A program made the position numbers and the translations under genes. Below the pieces are notes generated by a model. The model searched no databases, was not told the DNA's origin, and saw only the letters and a list, made by a program, of their open reading frames with translations. DNA of 64,000 nt from Auanema rhodensis (lineage: Eukaryota; Animalia; Nematoda), in assembly GCA_964057225.1 (NCBI GenBank), contig OZ059894.1, forward strand, positions 6,200,001 through 6,264,000, in the 5' to 3' direction. This document shows positions 48,722 through 60,932 of the stretch, piece after piece (the stretch's first letter is position 1; each line of letters begins with the position of its first letter).

Positions 48722-51700
48722 TGCCGATTGGACTACAGACAACAATGAAGAGAAGAAGGAGGAGCGACCTAGGTAACAGCTGCGAAAGTTGGCTGCACAA
48801 GAAAGGTCTACCTCACATTCGTCCTATCATAACGATACGACATCAACTTTGGTGAAAAAGAGTGATGATAGCTTGTCGATAATACAAAATAATAGAAGAA
48901 ATATTGCTATCATTGAGGAAAATTAATGGGCTGAGTTCGATGTTCAACGTAAGATTGACAGTTGCAGGAAACTTTTTAATTACAATTAAGTGAGAGTGAT
49001 GACATAAAATTCACACCAATTAAACTCCCGTAATGGACTAAGCAAACTGTTTTTGAAATACATACTAAAGATGTTTTAGATAGATAATAGAATAAGATGG
49101 TCAACGTAGTCATAAAAGCATTTTATGGTGAGATATATGTGCAATAGATGAGTATCGTAAGTAAATTTCAACAAAATTAACAAGACTTCTGACTTGCCTT
49201 GACGTGTTACTTAAAATAATATATCTGATACAATGTCAAATCATTCATATATCGTTATCAGTTTCATATTACTTTACATAAAAAAACTAACAAAAAAACA
49301 GCTTGCTCCTATCGTTATCTCGATAATGGACAATTGTTGCCAATCGAAGCAACTATATGTTTTACATTGTATCAATTATCACAGTATAACCAATACTTAA
49401 ACAAAACAAATCAAAAAGGAATAATTCTAAACTATACGTTTGTAATATAATATAAGAAGTCGGATAAAGAAACAGTTGCCCTTAGCCTAATCCAATGAAC
49501 TTAAGTGAGGATTATGTAATGGCCAGAAGCAAGTTACAATTAAATCGGCATGAGATATGAATCTTGGTTAAAGATATTTGGGTCTGGGATACTCGCAGAG
49601 CCGAAGCTTTAATAAGATTCTATCAGCAATATCTCGTGGGAACTGCTGAGGGTACGGTAGACAAATATCAGCGTGTGCAATGGAACGCGAAGTTAAAAAA
49701 ACGGAACAATAGGGAGAAGCTGATGGCTAAGCTACAAGATGAAGAAAAGAATTAAATCATAGACAATGTCGTCAACGACACAGTAGTTGCGCGACATATT
49801 GTTTCTTTTAGTGAAATAAATCTGGCGAGTGGCTTGTACAGGGAAGACTGTCGCAAGTAATAAATCAACGACAGTTGCAGACATATGTACACCACCACAG
49901 AGAATGACAGTGAACTTATAAGAGTGAACTGCTTCCAAGCAGAAGTGTTAATGTTAAACAGCAAAATGAAGCCATATACTTGGTCATAAAAAAATTCTTG
50001 AGGTCGTAGATATGAAGGAAATAGACAAGAAGTGACAAGAATAGAATTGATGACCAATGTTCCACCAATCACGGCAGAAAGTTGACGAGGCACATAATGA
50101 GGGGCTAAATAAACTGATACGAACTGGTTAATTATCCTATGATGCGCCATACTAACAATAACTCATCCATTACCGATTGCGGACTATATATTGCGCCATA
50201 GATCGGATGATGCCTTATGGGGGCTAGTGAGGAAACTAGCGGCAGAAATGGAAGACCAGAAAAATCGAACGAAATACCCGCTGTGACTTGTCATCCATCA
50301 TTTCATCTTCATCTGGTCCGCCCTAATATTAAAATCAACGAATAATTTTTAATGCTATGAAATAACAAATATTTTTTTCCATGAAATAAAGAAATCGGAG
50401 AGGGGAGGTCTTAGGAGCTTTCGAATTGTTTTGCATGGGGTTGGAGACAGAATAATGTGGGTAGAGGGCTATGTACGTCACTCACTTTGAAGGGATAATG
50501 TGTGTAAAATCAAGAATGCACAACAGACAGAAAGAAAGAGATGAGAAATTATAATAAATCGATGTCGTGCTCCTAACCACAAATACAAGCAATTCATCAT
50601 ATGAATGTTTTTTTAACTTCAAATAATTATATTAATGTATATGTCATAGCCGATGTACAGTAAACTAAGAACAATAGTAACTGGCGCAAAGGTGAGAAAT
50701 TTAATCCACTTAAGGAGAGGGCATAACCGCGGGTTAAAAGGCTTCAGGTTTTTAGCACATAAAATAATAAAAGAACATACCTCTTTTGTGAGCTGATGCT
50801 GCTTGATGAGCTGCCAATAACTTGTCATATTAGTTTGAAATGGCTCTCACGTAAGATGTTCCCGTTAGGAATACGTTTACGTCATTAGCATACCTCTCAA
50901 TATTTTTACGTGAATGAGAGAAAATAATATCAACCATGCTATTGATTGATTATCTTTTTTTTAACTAGAAAAAAATAGGCGGCAATTTAGTGTGTACAGT
51001 TTTCTTTATATAGTTTTATATTTTGTGTACCTTGAGTAGTTGAAAAATGTTATTCATTGTATTGTTAAATTAATAATTAAGAGAAAACATTCGTATTTTT
51101 ATATGTTGAACAGATAATAAAAATATAAGATAAATTATGCCAATTGAACACGTTTAAGTATAAATATTCTTGTACTTATTATTACACTTTATACAATATG
51201 TAGGATATTATGTTAGTTTTTTTATAGCTCAATCAGTACAGATTTCTATATTTATATGTTGGATCATTAAGCTGATGGCATATTACCAAACCGTAAACGA
51301 GAGGCTGCTCGTGGCAGTTCGTAGTAAAGTTCACGAAATCTCTAACACAAGGTCCAAGGGCTTCTGTTATCCATCTGTTGAATTGCGTCACGGAAAGACT
51401 GAGATGAAGAAGAAGGGAAGACGATTAGTAATAGATTATCATTTTGTTGACCGCCAAGGACGAAATGCGGACCTCCTTTGATGTTCAGGAATCTACTTGC
51501 CGGGATGAACTGGGTAGAATCAGGAGGACAGGTTTGATCAACTGGAATAATGTGGTAGGGGCATAATAATTCAGTTAGTTACAGTCTAGTAAGCTGTCCA
51601 AAAATAACAATTCACCCATTACGCCTAATTCTTATTTCAATATACATTGTCGAGCGTATCTATGTTGTAATCGAGTCGCCTTGAACTGATGAACATCAAT

Positions 51701-52180
51701 ATGAATACTCTTTCTTACTTAAAAAGTGACTTTTAGCAGAAGTTAATGATTCGCTCTAGTCTTGGTGGATGCTGTCACACACAACTCCGTTGAGCCGTCC
51801 AATATTTGGCTTCACCCATCTCGTGCTAAGCTAGGATGTTTGTAGATTACGGTATTCCGTCCAAATTCAATATTAGACTAGCAGTTGACAGCTATATCAC
51901 AATGAACGAACAATATAAGCAATCGGCACACATGACCGCTCCTTAGATAGCTAATGAATACAAGTCGATGATGTTAGCCATCCGGTTAAATAACCTCCTA
52001 TAGGGTACAGAAGATGCTATAATGTTAACAGAAGCATGTTATCAATGTAAGAAGCTTATCATTTTATTTTTATATTAAGATACAACCGCTTACAAGATGA
52101 CACATTTTCAAAATAGAATTGATGTTGTAAAACTCATTTCTTAGTTGACGCGAGACAAGCGTGGTTGTTCACTTATCAAA

Positions 52181-53348
52181 ATGTCGGATTCTAACAATAG
52201 TATGTGTCATTTTGGCAAAATATATATTTTCTTATTTTTTTTTTGAATTTCAGATGAAAATTTATCTCAACCAAATACTATAGTAGTAATGCGACATAGT
52301 GAGAGAATTGATCAAGTCATTCCAAATTGGTTAGGAAATGAAACTACGTATAAAAAAATTGACTTAAATATGGTATTTCTATTTGATTATGGTTTTACAG
52401 TAGTGTTTAAGCCTGCTTCACTTCCTGTTCAACGTTGTCTGCAACATTACCGGTATGATTCACCCATCACCATAACTGGTGATGCTATAGCACGTCTGTC
52501 AGGAAGAGGATTAGACTTGGTTAATCTTGTTCCAGGTATCATCATCTTAATTCTCTTTAGAATATGAGAGATATTATTTATATGTATCAAATATCATAGA
52601 TATCATATACTGTTCACCTTCATTACGATGTTTACAAACAGCATCACTTGTTGCACAAATGAGTGGGTCTAAAGCTTTACTAAGGTTTTTTTTTGAAACA
52701 TTTAATATAAATGTGAGAAAAGTTATTAAGAGTTGAACCAATGTTGTATGAGAATACTATCTCATATCCAAATAATATTCCACATTTTTTAACTAAAGAC
52801 GAAATGAAGAAATTATTTCCTATAGACGACAGTTATGTACCCTTAATGCCAGCAGAAGATGTAATTTCATTAATTTTTATCACTTGAAATGAAAAAAAAG
52901 CTTTTCAGCTTTTCAAGGAGCATGAACCAACTAGCCAGTATAACTTCCGTATTAACGAACTTATTCAGCGTATTGCTGTCTTTGGAGAACCATTTCATAA
53001 GTCCTCAACTACTGTTCTAGTATGAACCGAGTATCTGCTTATAATAGTCAAGTTGAATTGTTCAGATAGTGGCTCATGCATCAACTGTTGATATGGTAGT
53101 AGGTTTTTTGAGAAGCCGCCCTCGTATGAGCAGTGATGAAGATCTGGACAAGATCGGAGATAAAATACCCTATTGTGGCACAGTAACACTTAGGAAGGTT
53201 GTTGTGCTATCATCTTAAACTATCTATATCCAAGCTGAATCATTTACAGAAAGGACGTTATTGGTCTCCAGACTATTATGCTATTCCATTCAACACGAAT
53301 AGCATGTTCACAAATCGTATGAACTGTAAATTTCTTAATAGACCGTAA
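52181..53348 (+). CDS. Histidine phosphatase superfamily protein (STS/UBASH3-like phosphoglycerate-mutase fold)
   Basis: Motifs: VVMRHSERID (RHx motif), YDSPIT, IYCSPSLRCLQTA, RVEPMLYE, IVAHASTVD. Stop at 53346-53348. Confidence 0.88.
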
Positions 53349-53519
53349 TTTATGAATCATGAACAGTAGTGCTGTAGGAAATATTTCATTTGTCATATTT
53401 TTATTTTAAATATGATTAAAATATGTACAAAATGGAAGATATTTAATTGGAAGACGTAGCATATATTATATGGTTTTCCATTATATTCCCTGTTTAAAAC
53501 ATGAGGCTTCTGTATTTCA

Positions 53520-56500
53520 TCATAATATTGCTTTTACCGGATTTTCTCTGGCAGTAACACTTTTCTTATAATCTGAGTATATTCCAATCGGAGCTGTTGA
53601 TCGGGAACTTCGTGGCGTGACACTTCGTTGATCGGGTGTTGTTGGCAAGCTTTCAAAAGCGATCGGAGGAGTCTCAACTGATGAAAATAGTTTTTTCCTA
53701 AACATATTATGGTAACATACTTTTTCTTTCTTTAATGATGGATTGCAGTGGTGGTGGACTGTTTTCACCTTCTATACGACTTATTAACCAGAAAGTCTCC
53801 ATGACCCCTTTTCCCTAAAAGCTCTAGGTTGAAAACATCATCATGTCTCTAAGGGATACCTTAATAATAACTTCACCCCGACTTTCTGTACGAAAACCTC
53901 CTATTACTTCAGTTATCATATGATGAGCTTCCGATGAAAGATGAATATGACCAGCTATTAACAAAGAAAACATTTTCCTCATATTATTAAAGACTTACAT
54001 TTTCCATTACTCTCCATTCTACTAGCTGTATTTACAGTATCTCCGAACAAACAATATCTGGGCATAGTTAATCCGACAACTCCTGCCACTACAGAACCTG
54101 CAAATAATTGTTTTCTTTATCTTCGAACTAATATATTAGAACCTGAATGAACTCCGATACGAAGATTTATTCGCTCAGAAGGCATATGTGAAATTCTGAA
54201 ATCTCTAACTCCAGCCATGAAAGCTAAAGAAAGATTAGCAATAGCCCGAGCATGCTCATTTCCGTTCCGATGTGGAAGACCGGAAACACATAAATATCCA
54301 TCACCAATAGTTTCAACCTAATTTCAAATATTATGAAACAGTTATAAGATTATATAATACCTTATAAACATCACTTTGTTCAATTATATTGTCTAATATA
54401 TTATATAAATCATTAAGAAGTGTTACAACCTGAAAATCGGATTCTTTTCTTCAACTAATAGGTGCAAATACCTGTAGTGGTGTAGATTTACTAGCTAATA
54501 TTGTGAACTGAACAACATCAGAGAAAAATACTGTAACACTGTCAAAGGTTTCAGGTTGAACTGCTTGTCCTAGTTTCAACTTTTCAGCTACTTGCCTAAA
54601 TTCAAATTCATATAAGTCTTTGGAATAAAAAAGAATTTTACCTCGGTAACATTCTATATAATAAAACATCTGATTTTTTCTTTTCTTCAACCAATTCTTT
54701 TGTTCTAGATGTAACTTCTTCTTCTAATGTAGCTGCATATGTTTCCATTATATTGAAAACATGATCCATTAAGTTATCATTTCTATAAAAAACTAACAAT
54801 AATAATGAAAAGATCTTTTTTTTGCCTTCCACTATGAAGAGATTTTAATAAATTTCTGATCTGATCTAATGATGGTCGTTTTTCTGGATCCTGACCCCAA
54901 CAATCCCGAATAAGTTCAAGCTAAATTCAATCGTTGTCAACTAAAAACAATAAAAGAAACTACTCACTAGTCCTGGATTTATGTCAATACTTTCATGTAC
55001 TGTTAATTCTGGACGAGGTGGTTGCCCCCTATCACGTTTAAGCCAATAAATAATAGCTGAAATGGGATTAAATTTTTCTGATAATGGTTAAAATATAAAC
55101 TTTCGGCTGGCTCTTTTCTGTTATCTAAATCCCATGCTGGTTTTTTGCTAATTAACTCCGAACATATAATAGCAAAACTATATACATCTGACTTTTCATT
55201 GCCATGTGTCAGACCCCTGAGAACTTCTGGTGCAGTCCATAACCAATCTACATATATCTTGATTGTCAAAAATAAAGAGAAATAGAAATATTTGCCTTCA
55301 CTACTCATAGTTGTAGCTTCTCTTATTTTTTCTAATCCAAAGTATGATAATTTGACTTGAAACCTTTCGTCTACCAAACAAGTTTCAGAAGTTAAATATC
55401 CGTGATATTTGATGAATGATTTGTGAATATAGCTTAAACCCTATATGTAATATTATTATTATTGATTATATGGAAAAAAATATTTCTTACTGATATGATA
55501 TCTCTTATTAATGAAAATATAAAGAAATAGTCCATTGTTATTGATCCTTTTGTTATTACATCTTTTAAACTTCCTCTACCACAATATCTCAAATAAACAC
55601 TTAATTAGCTATGCTATATGTTTTTCTATTACTTCCAAATTGACATTAATTCTGGCCCATCTAAACACAAACCAAAAAATAAATTCAAATTATCGTGTTC
55701 AGTTTGTCTGAGCTAAAATGTATGAACGATTCTTTCAAAAGTGTCTTGCTTTATACCTGTCTTAACTCACTAGCATCATCTTCATCTGGTTTTATTTTCA
55801 TGTTGTGTTTTAAAGCTCCAACCTTATCTCCCTAACAAAGAAATTGTTAGGAATTCATGAAATATTCCTATTTTACTTACATCTAACATGTAAAACTTAT
55901 AGTGTCTTGTCTCTATTTTTGAATCAAGTGTCATCTTAGTAACAATAGATGAAGGACCACTACTAATCGATCTGCTACTCTGTTCACCCTTTGGCTAAAT
56001 ATTTTCATGAAACGTTGAAAAAAAAACATTAAAAACTACTTTTTTTTGTATAGTTTGTAATTGTGAGTAAGGAACTTGCCACATCATATTGAGCCTTTCC
56101 ATTTCTTTTCGTTTCGACCTTAATTTTAAAAATTCTTTTAAAATGAAAATAATTTTTTTGAGGTGTGTTTTTCATTCATTGTAAAAATAAAATCAATGAA
56201 CTAAAGTTCAATGTCTGCAACTTTTCTCACCTTATAGTATAAAAAACTCCTGAAATTGCTGCTGCAATTGCAAAGAAGATAAGAACACCAGCTATGATTA
56301 CCCAAACTAGATAGTTGGAAACAAAATCAACTGGACACTAAATGAATATATTGCATTCATTTCATGAAAAATTCATAATTGGTACGTTATCTCCTTTGAA
56401 GCCACATATTGGCACCACAAGAGGTGGACCTTTATTTTCACGATTAACGAAAACTTCGGCAACACTGGTGTAGTGTGGAGTAAAATTCTGAATTTCATAT

Positions 56501-57611
56501 AGATGGAAACCTTCAGAAGAAAAAAACGTACAGATGCATATCCGTTGACATAGACAGCACCATATTCTTCTGGTGAACCTTGACGATTTAAGGCTCGTAG
56601 AAAAAATGTAACAACTCGTGAGCTGTTTTCATTAAATTGAATCTTACCGGAAACACCTAACAAAATATTCTCTAGATAATGTAGTAAATAAGCAAGTAAC
56701 ACCTTGAAATTCAACTTGAGAATATGACATGATAAGTTTGCCATCGTCAACTAATTCAGATAAAGGCATCGTTGGATTTGCTTTAACTGTTGCATTGATC
56801 ATGTAAGCAAGCATGAGAACAGCATCGTGCAACTGTCCAGCATACATAGATACCTGAAGTTATATTTCTTGAATTCAGTTTCCCCTATGCCTCAAAATAT
56901 CAAAGTTTACTTACACGTGTACGATTAAAACAATCAGTAGTACAGTAAAAAGGTTTCAATGCCATCCGTCTAATGACATCTTCTCCAAATTTTTCATATT
57001 CGGCAGAAACTTCACCTCCTGTCATTGCAATCTGTAAAATGTTTCAAATTTATAAAAAACTTTATACGTTTTCAACATCAGTAATAGCAAGAGTATATTT
57101 GAAAGCCTCTCTAGCATCTTCATCCCTCCCATCGTCAAGATCAGATTCCCATGCGAAGTGTTCCGTTCCATCTGGTCGTGTAATAACTAATATACATAAA
57201 TATGTATATAATAAAAACAATATTAAAAATAACAAACCATATCCTTTGCTTTTTGTATCAGCAAAAATATATAGATATTCATCATTAGCATATCCATTGT
57301 CATAAGCTGATAACATAAATTGTCTTTTCAACTCATATCCTTCCGCAAAGCATACAACAAATACTGTAAAATAATTATTCAGTTTAAAATATTTTGGAAA
57401 ATTAATTCTTAATCGTGAACTGTTATTAATATGAATATCATACTATCCATCTAATGTGCATATAATTAATTTTACATCAAATCAAATATTATTAATATGA
57501 ATACAAAGTGCATATACTAACTCATAGTTTGTATGTTTATTAATTCATCAGGCATAACCTATATAATCTAATTCAAAGCATGTTAATTATAATCAATATA
57601 TGTCTATATAT

Positions 57612-57644
<33 letters not shown>

Positions 57645-59181
57645 ATAATGACATACACTTATGAACTAAAAATATTAAATAAAAATTATACAAAGTATAG
57701 TATAAGTTTTATATTTGTTTCATAGTTTTATCTCCAAGTTTTGTGTTTAGATCATAATTTTTAGAATATAAATGTATGCATGTATGTATATAATACAAAT
57801 ATCATTGAATTGAATGTTTTGTTTATGTATACATTCAAGTTCTTTGAACGTGAAATGACTTACTACGTGCACGCTGATGAGCTGTATACAGTGTTGATTT
57901 AAATTGTTCCATGGTGGCATTTGTTATTTCGATTATAAGTGAAATATCCACGAAATCAGACATGCTCGTAACACTCTAGAAAAACTCACTTCGTGCTCTT
58001 TGACTTGCATTTCGTAACGAATTTAAGAGTCCTTCAGTGCTAACATCTAATATCTCCATCGTGAACGATATTGTTATATGTGAAAGTAATGAAATAGCGG
58101 ACTGTAAAATATTTTTCGAAAGCTGCGGTCCAGTTGATCTTTCTATTTCATCTCAATGTGGTTTATGAAGATTTTTGTTAGCCTTTTGATTTAATATTGC
58201 TCCTAGATGATACCTGTAGTGCTGTTTTCATATCTTCACATTTTTCCTTGTCCATATAATTAGAATAAACATAAGCAAATTCAGATAAGTTATACTCCAA
58301 TAGCACTCGTCGAATAGCAACAGATAAGCTGAGAAATAATGATTAAACACTCTTATCTTTCTTTTATCTTTATATGAACCTTAGTGAGCTGGCAGCTACA
58401 CTAGCTATAGTTGGAAATCGTACTCGATCATTCAAACGATGAGCTGTGGATAATCCCCAAGTAATAATGGGAGTATTATAATATTTTCCGAAAACACCCG
58501 CAACATCGGCAGCTGTAGAAAAGATAGGATTCATAAAGACATTAGTACAAGGTTTATGAAAATAAAGATTGGCAGATTTCAGCATATTAGATGTACCTGA
58601 GCTACATACGGGCCCTATTATTGCTGCCAGATCTACATGTCGTTGAAGAAGCAAAGATTCTCCGGCCATCTGATCTCCTTGACATTCATCAAATGCTATT
58701 GTATAACTAAAATAAGATAAGATATCTGTAAAACTCTATAAATTATGTGCATACTTTATAGTGAATTTGGATAAGATTCCTTCTCTTTCTATTTTATCTC
58801 TTGCGATTATAGCTGCGGAAGCTGATGTTTCATAGCCTACTGTATCCATCATAGTTGTAATATTTCTTACCATAAACAATGCAACTTCCAAGGGTAAAGT
58901 ACCAGGTCGTATTGGATTTTGAGCAAAAGATATCTGGAACAATTTGTCAACTGGCGATTCAACGAAAAAACTATTAATTTTCAAAAACTAATTTTAACAA
59001 TGTGTTACACTTCACGTGCAACACGTGAAAGAAAGGTTATTTTCTATTTGATGGGCGTACATACGGTTGTCAATTCTCAAAGAGACAATCATCAAAAACT
59101 ATTATATATTATAAATAAATTTTAAAAGTTGAAACTTACAGAAACTAATAGTAGACCTAGCCATACTTGAGATGGATTCAT
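53520..59181 (-). CDS. Receptor-type guanylyl cyclase (gcy family)
   Basis: Signal peptide [21 protein letters not shown]-receptor ectodomain [44 protein letters not shown]. Kinase-homology [23 protein letters not shown] and LWTAPE. Cyclase [36 protein letters not shown]. Confidence 0.95.
57621..57643. repeat. (TA)n microsatellite in a gcy intron
   Basis: Direct reading; preceded by a short (CA)n. Confidence 0.85.
57864..57975 (-). CDS. gcy alternative ectodomain exon B
   Basis: Acceptor tttttctag, 112 nt, donor gtaagt; encodes [37 protein letters not shown]. Confidence 0.85.
57990..58101 (-). CDS. gcy alternative ectodomain exon A
   Basis: Acceptor ttttacag, 112 nt, donor gtgagt; encodes [37 protein letters not shown]. 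Confidence 0.85.
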
Positions 59182-59480
59182 TGTCACGAAGCAATGAGCT
59201 AAAAACTGTTAACTAGGATAGACTTTGCTATATTATGATAATGAAGGGCTTCTTGAACTAGTTATTACTACTGTATTATGGTTGTGGAGCTTCCCATTGA
59301 GGGCGCAAATCCCTTTTATGAGAAAATCGAACACTATTACATTGTTTTTAATTCAATCTTGTAATCGTTAACAATAATGTTATTCACTACCTTAATACTA
59401 TACATGGCTTTCAGGTTGTATTATATTTTGAAATAAACATCACATAGAAAAACAATAATTTAATATATTAAAACTCGTTT

Positions 59481-60264
59481 TCACAAATTATTGAATTGCC
59501 TTATTTTTTTGGCATTGTATTCTTCATAAAACTTAGCATAGGCATTCTCATTGTCTCCAGCATATTGGTCTAATAGATCAAAAACTTTCTGGGGTTGTTG
59601 TTTTTCTGAATGAGATAAAATAAACTTATATGGGATGAGCAAGAGTTCCATACCTTCGGCGTGTCTTTTGCTTATACGATGAAGTTCAAACTGACGATTA
59701 GCTTCTTGCAGTTGCTCGTATCTGAAATATTCAGAAAAACAATTGTTCAAATATATAATAACTTTAGCAATGCCTACTTTTGAACAGGTAAAATTTCTTG
59801 AAGGTATCGATTTATATGTTGCTTGACAGTGGGCTCGTCCGCTCCTTGTCCTCGTGCTTCTGTGATTAGCTCGTGCAGTATTTGCTGTAAATGGAAAAGA
59901 TCGTTGCTGAATATCATCCGGACCTAAGCAAATATGAACTCAATTTTTTTTCTGTTTGTTCATAAAAACTCAAGTTACTTGTTCTCATTGAGGGCAAAAA
60001 TACCTGTTGATCATCAGACAAATGTGTTGCATATGGAGATATTGGACATGGTCCACCTGCAGGCTTGAGATTTACAGGAGCTGGCATAGGTTGATAAGGA
60101 GCTGGGAGACGATTGTACACTATAGGCTAGAGCAATGATCTTATTATAACATAAAAATACCAATTTCTTACCTGAGATTGATAGACTGGAAACGGCTGAT
60201 ACAGAATTGGAATAACATTTCCTTCAATTATAGCGACGAGTAATAGACAAATGAACTTATACAT
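59481..60264 (-). CDS. Small secreted protein with a Pro/Tyr/Gln-rich N-terminus and a helical C-terminus (171 aa, 5 exons)
   Basis: Exons 60264-60172, 60126-60004, 59884-59778, 59721-59654, 59605-59481 are in frame; signal peptide MYKFICLLLVAIIEG. Confidence 0.82.
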
Positions 60265-60932
60265 ATTTAACTTTTTAAAAGCAGTTAGCTATTTGGATAG
60301 AGCACGACCAGACGAAGTAATATCGAAATACAAGTGACCAGTTGTGTTTTAGCAGATCGAATTCAGGTTCATTCTCTCGATCCTCCCTCCCATTGAAAGG
60401 TTAGCGAGTAGCAGAGAGAAGTAGACAAATAGGAAACAATTGCGAGAGGATTCGTTGAAAAGTCAACAGATTAACAACAACTACGTGAGTTAAGAACCCT
60501 CCGTAATACAACAACAGAAATGACCAAACGATTTCGAAAAGAAAATTCATTTGCACACAACATTACGATTCTGAGAAATACGAAAATTATAAATTATCTT
60601 AATACATAAATCTCTTGACTAATCCATTTGCAATATGATCATCGGAAACACCTAAAGCGAATATGAACAATACGTGGAATAGTAAAGACCTCTATTGAAA
60701 TCAGGATAATAGGATCACAAGAAAGAACACTGAATATGAGGGTGACACATTAAAAGGCATGAAGGATTGATTAATAAGAGGAAGCATGAGGGAAACAGTA
60801 ATACTAGATTTAAGAGAGACATTTTTTACTTATTTGATTTAGTCATCTGTCTTCAAGACACTAAATCATATTTTGTAACAAATGAAAACAGAACACCATG
60901 ATATATTCACAAGTCCTAGTTAACTAGCAGTG

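Noticed and set aside
49564-50150. ORFs of 63-132 aa upstream of unc-62
   Set aside because: No motif or splice support; the higher GC content explains the open frames.
51471-51530. CCTCCT...AGGAGG foldback as a possible ncRNA
   Set aside because: Pairing is short and interrupted; no tRNA, snRNA or sbRNA hallmarks.
57410-57560. Possible decayed third copy of the gcy alternative exon (NNSSR-like end)
   Set aside because: No GT donor at the expected place, no 112-nt open frame, and similarity is too weak.
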